A DNA stretch of 64,000 nt. Origin: an uncultured Thermoplasmata archaeon (GTDB taxonomy: Archaea; Thermoplasmatota; Thermoplasmata; UBA10834). Below the pieces are notes generated by a model that did no database searches, was not told the origin of the DNA, and saw only the letters and a list, made by a program, of their open reading frames with translations. Numbering within the stretch: the stretch's first letter is position 1; every line of letters starts with the position of its first letter. The DNA lies in the NCBI GenBank assembly GCA_963719945.1, contig CAVRDX010000001.1, forward strand, positions 1 to 64,000. The letters are read 5' to 3'. A program made the translations under genes and the position numbers. This document shows positions 48,770 to 61,600 of this stretch, one piece after another.

Positions 48770-50533
48770 TTGAATATGAATGAAATATTGAGATCTAGGA
48801 TTATAGTCTCAACAATGGCACTGGCGATGGTTGCGATGGCGTTCTCGCTTTCTGCACCAAACGCAGAGGCCGCATGGACTAATTCCTGGAGCACTGAAAC
48901 AGCGTTGGGTGCACCCGCTGCTCAGTCCGTCGTTGTGAGCGGTCTGGACGGGACCGTATATGTCATGGGCGGAGTGACGGATGCGACATATGGTGCGATA
49001 GCAGATGCGTATGCATACGATCCCGACTCTGGGGATTGGACTGTTCTCGCGTCGATGCCGGCGGCTGTCAGAGGAGCCGCAGGCGCAGTGGGAGTTGATG
49101 GCAAGGTATACGTCTTCGGAGGAGCTTATGCTGGCGTCGTGACAAACACCCAGATATATGACCCCGAGACAGATTCATGGGATGCTGGAACTGCGTTGCC
49201 TCTCGGAGTATGGGAAGCAAAGGCTGCAACCGTTGGCAACGGATCGATATGGGTTGTTGGCGGTGAGTCTGCTGGAGGTATATCGCAGATATACGATCCA
49301 GTTGCGGATACTTGGTCTGTCGGACCGTCTGCCCCTGAATCGGTGATGTGCGGTTCGATGATTGCGGATGGCGACAATCTCTACTATGCTGGTGGCGGTA
49401 GCGGCGGTTATTCCGGAACGACGAATTTCTTCATGTACGACGGTGACCTTGGCAGCTGGGCGAGTCTCACGGATTTGCCCGAAGTTCGCGCTGGCCATGC
49501 GATGGTCATGGGTATTGACGGACTTATCTACCTCATTGGCGGCTCGGACAGCGGGCTGAACTGGGGAGGCGGCGTTACCTATGATACAGTCATCGCATAC
49601 GATCCTGTCGCCGAAGAATGGATGGACGTCGTGAGCCTCGATAATACCCGTACATATCTCGGAGCTACGATGACTGCCGATGGCAGGATAATGGCTATAG
49701 GCGGAAACACGGACACTACGGTCCTGGATGTCGTGGAATCTCTCCAGCTGTATTTGTTCGATTACTCGATTGAATTCTCATCGACATCGGTTCGGGCTGG
49801 AGAATCCGTTCTGATGACAGTCGACCCGCAGCTCACATACATTGAGGAGTACTATTCTGACGTCTCCTGGTATCTGGTATCGGATGTCGACGGGACCCTC
49901 TATAATGACGGATACATGTGGAATCCGACAGATGCTCCGATGGCACTCGAGATATATGTGTCACTCCTTGCTGAGCCTGGTGACTACATCATCGTTGTGG
50001 AATATCTCGAGGTCTGGGGTGATGGCTCCTACGATTATGTGGAGATGTTGGAGTTCCCGTTGGAGGTACTCCCTGCAGCTACACCTGTGGAAGACCTGAT
50101 TTCCGACTTGGAGGCTCAGATATCAGCGTTGGAGACCCAGGTTGCGGACCTTCAGACACAATTGGATGATCTCAGCACTGCCATGGATACTGCCGATGCA
50201 GATATGGCGGTCGAGATTGCGGCACTTCAGACTCAGGTGGCTGCCCTCGAAGAGTCACTGGCTGCCTTAGAAGCATCTATGACTGCTGACAACCAGGATC
50301 TGATGGACGAGATCACTGCACTGCAGGGCCAGATGGACGAGATCACCGCACTGCAGGATCAGATAGCGTTGCTGCAGGACTCGCTGGATAATGTGAGCGC
50401 GGATGTATCGAGCGATGATACGGACAACACGATGAACTATGTCGTGATCGTTCTGGTCATAATAGTCATCCTGCTGCTGGTCGTCATGATGCTCATGAGA
50501 CCGAAGTCCGTGCCTCCACCACCGGTAGAATGA
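48770..50533 (+). CDS. Secreted Kelch-repeat protein with acidic coiled-coil stalk and C-terminal membrane anchor
   Basis: Signal peptide, ~6 Kelch repeats (VYVxGG...YDP...W), heptad stalk, C-terminal TM helix and PPPP tail. Confidence 0.85.
   Translation: MNMNEILRSRIIVSTMALAMVAMAFSLSAPNAEAAWTNSWSTETALGAPAAQSVVVSGLDGTVYVMGGVTDATYGAIADAYAYDPDSGDWTVLASMPAAVRGAAGAVGVDGKVYVFGGAYAGVVTNTQIYDPETDSWDAGTALPLGVWEAKAATVGNGSIWVVGGESAGGISQIYDPVADTWSVGPSAPESVMCGSMIADGDNLYYAGGGSGGYSGTTNFFMYDGDLGSWASLTDLPEVRAGHAMVMGIDGLIYLIGGSDSGLNWGGGVTYDTVIAYDPVAEEWMDVVSLDNTRTYLGATMTADGRIMAIGGNTDTTVLDVVESLQLYLFDYSIEFSSTSVRAGESVLMTVDPQLTYIEEYYSDVSWYLVSDVDGTLYNDGYMWNPTDAPMALEIYVSLLAEPGDYIIVVEYLEVWGDGSYDYVEMLEFPLEVLPAATPVEDLISDLEAQISALETQVADLQTQLDDLSTAMDTADADMAVEIAALQTQVAALEESLAALEASMTADNQDLMDEITALQGQMDEITALQDQIALLQDSLDNVSADVSSDDTDNTMNYVVIVLVIIVILLLVVMMLMRPKSVPPPPVE
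50302..50361 (+). repeat. In-frame tandem 30-bp duplication
   Basis: GATGGACGAGATCACTGCACTGCAGGGCCA / GATGGACGAGATCACCGCACTGCAGGATCA (MDEITALQxQ twice). Confidence 0.85.
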
Positions 50534-50767
50534 TCGTGGAGCGGAAACAAAACCCATTAAACCTCTTACCGTTTTATCTTCTTGATTGGTTGATTCAAGA
50601 GCGTGTTCGCACTTTTCAGGTTCAATGCCGATAGAGCTGAAGCTGATCGATGTGAATGAAAAATTTATGATGGTCGTTCGATGGCAGACAGTTGCGTTCC
50701 AGGTCTTGGAACCATGCCTTCTTCTGCAAATCTGGTTGGAGGGGTAGTTCCCCTCCGTTGATTGCGT

Positions 50768-52235
<1,468 letters not shown>

Positions 52236-52569
52236 TGATCTGTCGTCGATACACAGTACTATCATTCACTATTATTGTTGGTCGCAATTTCGCTTGGTCT
52301 TCGTTTCTTGAATTGACAAGGATCACTCACTTTAGCACCTATTTGTGTTCCCTGCTGCGCGACGATCGTGTCGTCGCGGAGTTTCTTGCACGAAACCTAT
52401 TCTGCCATCGAACGTCAGAATCGAGAGAACACGGCTAATGCCGGAGATCTCGATCCTCCATCATGTCTGCGACAAGTGGATGTTGGTTGATCATCAGAAA
52501 AGGCATAAGCGCCTCCCTCTCAACCATCGCCGTATGTCGCAGATTGGGTAGTCCCGCTAAGTTCGATGC

Positions 52570-52586
52570 TGTATATATGCGTTTCG
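52570..52586 (-). promoter_or_regulatory. Putative 16S rRNA promoter
   Basis: Minus strand GAAACGCATATATAC, about 340 nt upstream of the mature 16S. Confidence 0.5.
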
Positions 52587-52694
52587 AACTCGGTTCACGA
52601 AGCAACATATGTCGCTCCGCAGGTCCTCCCCCTACTATCTACAACTGCGTGGTATTTGAGGATTTCGTACGCGGAACCGCACACCCGGTGAATA

Positions 52695-54449
52695 TCATCC
52701 AGTGAATACTGCGCTGTATATGGGCGAATCCGTCGGAGTGTAGTCGATGGATATGCTATATTCAACATCTGGACGGAATCCTTCTCCCAATGTCACGATG
52801 ACCTCGATGGTGTCTCCAGCGTTCACCAATCCGTTGCCCTGCAGGTCTCCGACGACACATATCAACGTCATGTTCCCCAACTGGGTGCCTTCTGGAGATC
52901 CATGTGGATGGCTCCCCAGTGCCCAAGAGATATCCGTCAGGGTTCCATTCGATCTGGTACTCTTCATAACTGATTAGGACGCGAACATCATTCCACAGCA
53001 CATCCATCAATTCGTAATCGTACCCTGTTCCATTGTGGACTGGATTGAAGGTGAGGATAATGGATTGGCCATCAGCGGTAAAAGCACATTCGCTGCGTGG
53101 TATTGCTCCGAACAGGAACACCTCTTGGAGCATCGCGGTGTCCGCAGGTTCGTATATGCACACCACCCATAGATACTCGATATCCTCTGGTCGTGTGTCG
53201 TCTCTCACGAGGATCTCGATCCGATCACAAATACCTAGGATGCCATCTCCAGCCGCATCGATCACGACACACTCCATTGAGTATTCGCCGATCTTGTCAC
53301 CCCGCAACTATAGTTCGATGTGGAACCGGTGCTCAGTGCCGTCTGGTCTACCTGCAGGTCAACGCTGTCCGCGCCGTCGCTGAGGAGGATGGTCACATCA
53401 TCCCATCCTACAGGGTCTGATATGTAATCTACCGTGATGGCGACCCCCTCTTCGCAGTTCGATTGGACCGAAGTGGTGTGGACAATCTGCGGATCAGTGA
53501 CCAATATGACCCCCTCATCTGTCATGATGATGTATGCGCTGAAAACCATCGACCGGATCCTCTTGAGGTTCTCTTCTGGATACGGATCTCTCTGCACCGA
53601 AATTATGTATGTCTGGGCACTGCACTCTGTATTCGGTTTTGTGAGATTATGTAGGGTGAAAGTGTCCCCATCATCCAGGTAACCATCGTCATCCTCGTCT
53701 GAAAATTCGAGAGTGCCAGTTGGTCCGATGGGGTCACTCAGGTCTTGAATCGTGTCAATATCCGGCGCGTCCCCATAGAATCCGAGAATGTCCATGTAGT
53801 CGAAGATACCTGCATGGGTTCCTGCTCTGATGGTGCAATTGGATCCCGATATTGGAACTGGTTCGGGTACCCTTTCGATGCTAATGAGGACATCCTCGAC
53901 CATCGTGTCTCCATTTCCATAATCAGTTCCGAATGAGTCCAGCTGAGCGACTGCATGATTTCCTGAAGCGCTTCCAGGAATCTAATTGCCAATCCACGCT
54001 CTGGGGGGAGTAGACCCCTTCGTTGCCGTTTATCGTCGCCCATTCGAATCTGACCTCTACCTCTATCCTATCACCCACATCATATTCCAATGGTCCCCAC
54101 ATCATCAAAGTTACATGCTCCCCGTCCTTCGGAGATATGAGATTCAATTGACCCATGCTAGTCTGCAATGTCCTTACACCGTCAATCTCCACCTCGACCG
54201 TAACGGTCCTTCCCGCCAGATCCGTGTCGAATCCATCCAAGAACGGTCCCAATGATTCATCTCTGACTAGGACGGCGTCCTCGAGGTCCTGAATGTCCCA
54301 GTGTCTGTAGTATTCATACCAGATGAGCACTCCTGATGCTCCAAGAAGGATGGCGACAATCGCCTGCGAGGAATTTGCGGGAGATCTTCCCAGATCCTTT
54401 GGTTGGCCTTCTGGAGTTTCTGTTACTCCCTCTCGGTCCTCTCTTCCAT
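52695..54449 (-). pseudogene. Membrane-anchored acidic surface protein split by several frameshifts
   Basis: Consecutive overlapping ORFs 53923-54618, 53262-53903, 52762-53307 and 52695-52967; N-terminal TM; recurring D-x-x-G-[DN]-G-x4-GD motif. Confidence 0.6.
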
Positions 54450-54682
54450 CGCACCCACCTCTCGCCCTATTGGAAATGCATTGCGGTATAACTAATTCCT
54501 GTCTGTTGGCTGCGATTGAGCTGGTCCTCGATGCAACACGATGCGTGAGACATCTGCTGAGATACAATGAATTTTCTCGCTCAACTGATGCGGGAGCAGC
54601 TTGATGGTCCTCAACCATGTCATGTCGAATTCAACACATATGAAATATCAGGTTCGTCATTTCGTTGGATTGGGGTACGATC

Positions 54683-56578
54683 ATGTCTGGGGAAGAGATC
54701 GCGAACGAAGGCGATTCAGATTTTCTGCCGGGTTTGGATGAAGCAGAGGGCGCCTCCACTGATCCAGAACCAATCGGTGATGCGCCGGAACAGGCACCAA
54801 GAGCTCACAAGATCATATATCCGAAAAGGGCGGATCGCCGAAGGTCCAGGGTGACTAATCGTGCATATTTTCCCCTGTCGCTGCTCGCTGGATTGTTTGG
54901 GTTGATCTCCCTCTCCTTCCCTTGGGTCTACGAATCTTCTTCGTACAGATATGTTGGATTGTACCAGGCTTTCAATATCTTCTCCTACGCTCTCATGGAC
55001 GATTTCAATCTGGCATATTCGGTGATACTATTTCTGATCCTCACCGGATCGATTATCTGTTTCGTGTCACCGCTTGGCGGTCTTCTGCAGCTTTCTGGAG
55101 TAGTGCTATATGCAACTCAATTTCCCCAAGGGGCCGACCTGTTCGGTCCAGGTCCGTTCGTCGCTGTAGCCGCAGCTTTCCTGGGAATGACCTCGCTGAT
55201 TCTTAGAACGAGAATATTCATCCCAGAACGGTTCGCAACCCTGTCATTCGGGGCCGATGGCCGCCTTTCAGTCAGACCGTGCTGGCAATAATCGCATTCG
55301 GCCTTGGATTAGCGTCCGTATTCGCGTGCTGGTTCACAACTGGATATAGCTTCAGCGGCCAGCCATCATTCCATGAATCGAACTATAGCCTGCTATCATT
55401 CATCTTCAGCGTACAGTTTCAGTGACACCACTCTGAATGATTGTCGCCGCAACACTGATTGCGGTCGGCTCAATCGTGTGTATATTGACGCCTCTGGGTA
55501 GTGCACTCCAACTCTCAGGAATCCTGCTATTCTTCATTGAATACAGGTCGGAGATCGCAGGCTATGATTCAGATTACTCGCGGCAGTCTGCTGCCCTCGA
55601 AGCTGGATTCTACCTATGCATCTTGGCGGCAACTGCTGGCATCCTCTCGATGATGTATGTTAGGCGAGTCACATTGTCAAAGAGTTGCAGTTCAGATCTG
55701 CTTGTCCGGAATGCCGCTCCATTTGTGCAGACGAGTCTTCTGCCGGAAGATCATTCAGGAGCCAGCGAGCCATCACGCTTATCGAGAATGTTGGGACGGA
55801 TGCCGAAAGCTGCCAGACTCCCCGCTGTGCTATCAATCGGAATTGCAGTCATGATTGTCATCCTCGCGATTCCCTATGCTGCATCGGTGAGCTCGTTCGA
55901 GATGCATATGATGAACAGTTTCATCGAAGATGTAGAGATAGATGTCTACATCGATGGTGCATATTCAGGTTCCGGGATGGCGACCTCTTATCAGCAATTC
56001 ATCGAAAAATGCAATATCAAGGCAGGCGCGCACTCAATAGCGATTGACTATGCATTTTCCGGAGACGATGATCCAAATCCAGATGGCTCGATGGATTGGG
56101 CGTCATCCTTCGTGGCGGAACCATATACCCGATTCGTGGTCTTCGTCTATCTGAAGGGGTATTTCGATGCATCCCTCCCACAGGTCCAAATCTCTTCTAC
56201 AGAAACCGCTGATGGATTCATGTTGACCTTCGACGAGATTATCAACTATTCAGTATACGGGGAACGCATTGATGATATCTTATGGACCGACTGTCCCTCT
56301 TGCTTTTCGATGGGACAGAATCCGCCAAATGGTCTCCGCAGACGGGTGATCTCGATGATGTTTACATGTCCATCCACGATTATGGATTGCAGTCTCTCAG
56401 CGGCATAGAAATCAATTGTGTGGTATTCGACCTGGCCGGCAATGGCTATGCCAATGTGGGTGACTACTTCGAACTGACGATAGTCTCAGGAGCACTGGAT
56501 CCAGATGTCGACTATATTGCCTATATCCTGGACGACTCGAAAAGTTCCATGATCGGGCAGGTGTCATTGCAGAGCTAG
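54683..56578 (+). pseudogene. Polytopic membrane protein with extracellular C-terminal domain, split by frameshifts
   Basis: ORFs 54665-55291, 55437-56408 and 56282-56578; duplicated TM unit (GSI-x-C-xx-[ST]PLG-xx-LQLSG); C-terminal DLAGNGYANVGD. Confidence 0.6.
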
Positions 56579-56647
56579 TGGCCCGATCAAGGGCCTGCCC
56601 CATGATACAAACTATTAAAGAACGGCGTTCTATTATGCGCCATCAGA

Positions 56648-56757
56648 GCGGGGATGGCCCAGCCCGGCAAGGCGCTGGATTGCTATCTCGTCCCAGATGG
56701 GACAGGCAAACATCCAGTGCTCGAAAGAGTTCGGGGGTTCAAATCCCCCTCCCCGCG
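56648..56757 (+). tRNA. tRNA-Ser(GCT) with a 26-nt intron at position 37/38
   Basis: Acceptor GCGGGGA/TCCCCGC with discriminator G; anticodon stem CTGGA/TCCAG; GCT at 56682-56684; intron 56686-56711 forming a bulge-helix-bulge; long variable arm; GGTTCAAATCC T-loop; CCA not encoded. Confidence 0.93.
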
Positions 56758-56814
56758 CCTTTTTCACTCATGGTTAACGACGGTATAAGGTTATCATACG
56801 TAGATACACGGTGC

Positions 56815-57141
56815 ATGAAGCTGTTCGGTGTATCGTTCGGGACCCTCAACGCCCAGCTTGCAGCGACTTTCATGGCACTCGCCGGTATGATCTCTCTGGG
56901 AACGGTGACCTACCATTCGATGGAAGGGTGGAGTTGGACTAGTTCGTTCTATTTCACTGTGTGCACGATAACGACGGTCGGCTACGGGGATATGGTACCG
57001 TCGACGGAGACTTCTCGGCTCGTGACGGCGTTGTTTGCGCTCGCTGGTGTGTCTATCGCGTTCGCCTCGTTCGGGATAATCGGGGCAACATACATCAGAC
57101 GAGGGGAGGACGTTGTTCGCAAGGTCCGTCGGGAAGACTGA
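56815..57141 (+). CDS. Minimal two-TM potassium channel
   Basis: TM-pore-TM with filter TTVGYGD. Confidence 0.92.
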   Translation: MKLFGVSFGTLNAQLAATFMALAGMISLGTVTYHSMEGWSWTSSFYFTVCTITTVGYGDMVPSTETSRLVTALFALAGVSIAFASFGIIGATYIRRGEDVVRKVRRED

Positions 57142-57547
57142 CGGCGGGTCTGAGGATATCCTTACGCGATCGATACGATGGGAGCGATGTCAGTCACAAG
57201 GATTCGTTCATTATTCGAACTATGGGATTCTCTCTGGGAATATGAACGTAGACAAGTGATATCCAGACGTTCAATTCGGATGTTACTGGTCACGTAATAT
57301 TTTCCTTCAGAACTATATTTATATGGGGTATGTATAATTATAATCATGTTGTTATCTTTTATATAGAGTTAGGACATTCGTGCGGTCAGATCGAGTGTCG
57401 GTTACGTGGATGCGGTCACTCTTCATAATCCGCGGAACTGACATCCATTCGAGGGGGAAGAGAAGATTGAACTCGGATCGTCGAGGGTTCAGTGGAATTC
57501 ATTTTCTAGGAATTCCAGTTGATTTGCGAAAGAGAAAGAACAAACGC

Positions 57548-59632
57548 ATGACCCAGATCGCGGTGGCCGTCCTTTTCCTGTCGGTCTCATTGATCTCGCC
57601 CATCATGGGCATCATGCCAATTCCTTTCACGAATGATACGGAGCCGTCCGAGATTCCTGCGTGCATCGAGGCAAGCACAATCATCAATTTCGTTGCCAGT
57701 CCATCTCGCGTATATGTAGGGGATGAGGTGACATTCTATGCAAACGCATCGAGCGATGTTTCTTCTTCTCTTACTTTCACAATATTCTACGATGCAAGAC
57801 TCGCCAACAGCACGAACAACACTCAGAGTCCATATTCAGTCAACAATACTGTCAATCCTGGCTCGATAGTTACAAAATTCACCTACGACCACATCGGCAA
57901 CCTGAGTTCCACACAGGGGACATATTTCCAGGTGAAGCTGTACGTGGGCGATGGTACGAACACTGTTAGCACGATCATACTGGTCTATGTCGGAGAGAAT
58001 GTGCCTCCTACATTCACTCGCCGTCTCCCCAGTGGGATGACGGTCGATCCTGGAGTCGAAGTGAGTTTGAGCGTGAGTGTGTCTGATAGTGATGATGACA
58101 CATTGACCGTTAGCTGGGATTTCGGTGACGGATCGCCTGTGGCCACGAACTCGACCGGACCCGCTGCATCAGGTGCCTATGCGAATCAGACACACACATG
58201 GAATCCAGATGTCGCCCCTGGCTGGAATGAGGCGGACCCGATATACTATTGGCTGACTGTAACAGTCGAAGATTCCGAGGGGCACATGATATCATCCCTG
58301 ACAAATGTGACGATCTACTTGCCCTATAATTTCGTGCCAAACATTACTCTTGTCTCATCGAAGGACCAATCGAGTCCGATGAGTGAAGTGACCTTCTTTG
58401 CCACCGCTCTGGATCTCGAGGGTGAGGCTCTGACATGGACATTCACATTCAACAACAGCGTAAGCATCTATCACACTGAGGTCTACCACACTGATGTCAC
58501 TCCTCCTGGCACAGATGTCTCGCTCAATATCACTCACATCTTCGAGGAAGTCGGCAATTACACGGTCACCCTCTACGTCAGTGATGCATTGATTCCAGAC
58601 CAGATATTCCCTCATAACATATCCACGAAAGCCAAGGTCACAGTGACGCTGAACTATGCGCCATCGGTCATGATGGTCATCAGCTACACCGCGCCGACAC
58701 TAATACTCGATGATGTCAACACGACGGTGAACGTTACATTCACCGCCAAGGCCAATGATATCGATGGAGACATCTTGACTGCAGTCTGGGATTTCGGTGA
58801 TTCTTCAGACACTGTCACTCAGCAATCTAGTGGAGGGACCAGTGTCTTCAATTTCATCCTGACCCATAGCTACAACAAGAGCGGAATCTACAATGTGACC
58901 GTGATCATCACCGACGGCCGAGACGGTCATGAGGTGACCAGATATCTTTTGCTCGCGGTCAATTCGACGAACCAGGCTCCGAGCATCGTATCCTTTGCAC
59001 TCGGGATGTCAGAGCGCACTTACGCGTTGCCCGGTTCAGTCGTCACATTCACAATCAAAATACATGACAATGAGATGGACCCTCTAGACCTATACTGGGA
59101 TTTTGATGATAACGGTACTATCCTGCACATTCAGACGACAGATTACGACTCGAGTGGGAACGCAACGATCACCGTCAATTACACATACGATGTATCCAAC
59201 GAATACCATCCAATGGTCTGGATTACTGATAATCAGACCGGTGTCGGGTTCCACAATATCTCTTACACGATGCGCGTTGTCGTCTCGAACTTCGCTCCTA
59301 GCGCAGACCGTGTCTGGGATGAATGGGACTATGTTGGTCTCTTGATATTGTTCGGTTCGATCAGCGGGCTTGCCCTGCGCGCATTGATTCTCGGTCGATA
59401 CAGGAAGTGGCTTGATCAACACGGAATGACTCTCGATGAGTATAAGCTACGAATGAAGGATTTGAAGACGTCATATCGGAAAGCGCGAGCATCCGCGAAG
59501 GACGATGGAGCTAGGTTCAATCTCAAGGAAAAGTACGTTTCCGACAAGTCTGCCCTTAGGAAGATGCTGAGACGGAGGACCGATATGCCAAGCGAAGCTG
59601 GAAGAACCGAAGTGTCTGGAGGTGGTCGTTGA
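57548..59632 (+). CDS. Multi-PKD-domain membrane-anchored surface protein
   Basis: Signal/TM segment, repeated WDFGDG and YTVTL PKD motifs, many N-x-S/T sequons, C-terminal TM with basic tail; start may be TTG 57524. Confidence 0.85.
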   Translation: MTQIAVAVLFLSVSLISPIMGIMPIPFTNDTEPSEIPACIEASTIINFVASPSRVYVGDEVTFYANASSDVSSSLTFTIFYDARLANSTNNTQSPYSVNNTVNPGSIVTKFTYDHIGNLSSTQGTYFQVKLYVGDGTNTVSTIILVYVGENVPPTFTRRLPSGMTVDPGVEVSLSVSVSDSDDDTLTVSWDFGDGSPVATNSTGPAASGAYANQTHTWNPDVAPGWNEADPIYYWLTVTVEDSEGHMISSLTNVTIYLPYNFVPNITLVSSKDQSSPMSEVTFFATALDLEGEALTWTFTFNNSVSIYHTEVYHTDVTPPGTDVSLNITHIFEEVGNYTVTLYVSDALIPDQIFPHNISTKAKVTVTLNYAPSVMMVISYTAPTLILDDVNTTVNVTFTAKANDIDGDILTAVWDFGDSSDTVTQQSSGGTSVFNFILTHSYNKSGIYNVTVIITDGRDGHEVTRYLLLAVNSTNQAPSIVSFALGMSERTYALPGSVVTFTIKIHDNEMDPLDLYWDFDDNGTILHIQTTDYDSSGNATITVNYTYDVSNEYHPMVWITDNQTGVGFHNISYTMRVVVSNFAPSADRVWDEWDYVGLLILFGSISGLALRALILGRYRKWLDQHGMTLDEYKLRMKDLKTSYRKARASAKDDGARFNLKEKYVSDKSALRKMLRRRTDMPSEAGRTEVSGGGR

Positions 59633-60648
59633 TGGCATCCCGTTCGTTTAGACAGATGATATTCAAGCGGTCGATCTTCGCAATCATAACGATTCTTGGA
59701 ATCATGACATTGAACTTCTTCCTGATTCACTGGATGCCTGGTAATCCTATCGATACAATGGTCCCAAGGGATCCGAAGTTCAACGAGGCTCTAAAGTATG
59801 ATCTGATGGAACGGTTCCACCTGAACGCGTCTCTTCCTGAGAAATATCTCGTGTACATGAAGAACACGATGACTCTGGACTGGGGCATATCTTACATGCA
59901 AAATTCTCGACCTGTTGCAGATATCATCTTCAATGATATGCGATGGACTTTATTATTGGTCGGAACATCGACCATCTTCACAACGCTCATCGGCATGGTT
60001 GTAGGTGCATATTCCGCATATCGTAGGGGTGGTGCATTCGACTTCTCATCGACAGGAGTATCCTTGTTCTTCTACGGTATGCCGATATTCTGGTTCGCCA
60101 TCATACTCCAGATTTTGTTCAATTCCTACCCGCTTGGGATGGATTGGTGGCCACAGCTGCCCACGGGCAAGTATTTCGACACCATCACCTATGGTTCGTC
60201 GTTCAAATGGGAGCTCCCGATCGTGCTGAGCGTCCTCAAGCATCTGATACTCCCGGCTCTGACGTTGTCGATCGGGTCCTTGGCAGGCGTGTCTCTAGTC
60301 ATGAGAAGTTCGCTCGTCGATGTCATGACCGAGGATTTCATCACGACCGCGAGGGCAAAGGGGTTGACGGACTACATGGTCCTGAGAAGACATGCGCTCC
60401 CGAACGGTATGGCTCCGATGGTCACACTGATCGCGATGGGCATTGCGTTCGTAATCGGCGGCGCGTATCAGGTCGAAGTGATCTTCAATTATCCTGGCAT
60501 CGGATATAGAACCCTAAATGCCATCTACAATAGGGACTTCCCGATCCTGCAATTCATAATTGTCGTAGGCGGTGCTGCAGTCGTGTTAGCGAACCTCTTC
60601 GCTGATGTGATCCTACTTTACATCGACCCAAGAATCAAGATTGCGTGA
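59629..60648 (+). CDS. Peptide ABC transporter permease (OppB/DppB)
   Basis: MPGNP, EDFITTARAKG, RHALPN, FNYPGIG. Confidence 0.93.
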   Translation: MMASRSFRQMIFKRSIFAIITILGIMTLNFFLIHWMPGNPIDTMVPRDPKFNEALKYDLMERFHLNASLPEKYLVYMKNTMTLDWGISYMQNSRPVADIIFNDMRWTLLLVGTSTIFTTLIGMVVGAYSAYRRGGAFDFSSTGVSLFFYGMPIFWFAIILQILFNSYPLGMDWWPQLPTGKYFDTITYGSSFKWELPIVLSVLKHLILPALTLSIGSLAGVSLVMRSSLVDVMTEDFITTARAKGLTDYMVLRRHALPNGMAPMVTLIAMGIAFVIGGAYQVEVIFNYPGIGYRTLNAIYNRDFPILQFIIVVGGAAVVLANLFADVILLYIDPRIKIA

Positions 60649-60658
60649 GGTGACCCAA

Positions 60659-61600
60659 ATGGAAAATGATAAAACCAACACCGTCAAAGCTTCCAAGAAG
60701 GGCATACTCTCCGATGTCACCCACGAGAAGATCCGACTGATGCTCAATCATTGGCGCACAATGACCAAGCAGGTGCTGAGGAATCCGATGGGTCTAATCG
60801 GAATCTCCCTGTTGGTCTTCTTCGCATTGATTGCAGCGTTCGGACCCTTCCTGGCTCCTTACACAGTGGACCCTGAAGGTGTGGGACAGTTCGACGACTT
60901 GATGCCTCAATCAAGTGAGCATATCATGGGCACAGACGCTTTCGGGTTCGACATATTCAGTCAGCTTCTGTATGGTGCTAGGACCTCCATCATCGTCGGC
61001 GTATTCTCTGCGATGATTGCATCATTCCTTGGCGCGCTGATCGGTCTATACTCGGGTTATGTGGGGGGTTGGAAGGACGAGGTCATCATGAGGCTCAACG
61101 ACATCGTCCTGTCAATTCCATGGCTCGTCCTTATGATCATCATTGCTGCGTTCCTTGGAGAGATCAACCTCACAGGTATCATCCTTATCATTGGGCTAAC
61201 TGGATGGTCCGGGACTGCTCGTCTGGTCCGTTCTCAGGTGCTTTCGATCAAAGAGCGGCAGTATATCGAGCGGGCTCGTGCCATTGGTTCGGGGGATATG
61301 CAGATCATCCGAAGACATATCCTTCCGAATTCGTTCCCTCTGGTGTTCGCCAACACCATTTTGACTGTCGCGATATCCATATTGTCGGAGGCGACCCTGA
61401 GTTTCCTCGGAATGAGACCTATCGGCGTCGTGACTTGGGGCACCATGCTTAGCCACGCGTTCAGCCAGGGTGCGTTCCATATCGGCCTTCACTATTGGAT
61501 CATAATGCCAGGTCTCTGCATCGTGTTCGTGGTCTTGGGCTTCACGCTGCTCGGATATGCCCTAGATGAGATAATGAACCCGAAGCTAAGGAAACGATGA
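60659..61600 (+). CDS. Peptide ABC transporter permease (OppC/DppC)
   Basis: HIMGTD, YGARTS, YIERARAIG, RHILPN, LSFLG. Confidence 0.93.
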   Translation: MENDKTNTVKASKKGILSDVTHEKIRLMLNHWRTMTKQVLRNPMGLIGISLLVFFALIAAFGPFLAPYTVDPEGVGQFDDLMPQSSEHIMGTDAFGFDIFSQLLYGARTSIIVGVFSAMIASFLGALIGLYSGYVGGWKDEVIMRLNDIVLSIPWLVLMIIIAAFLGEINLTGIILIIGLTGWSGTARLVRSQVLSIKERQYIERARAIGSGDMQIIRRHILPNSFPLVFANTILTVAISILSEATLSFLGMRPIGVVTWGTMLSHAFSQGAFHIGLHYWIIMPGLCIVFVVLGFTLLGYALDEIMNPKLRKR

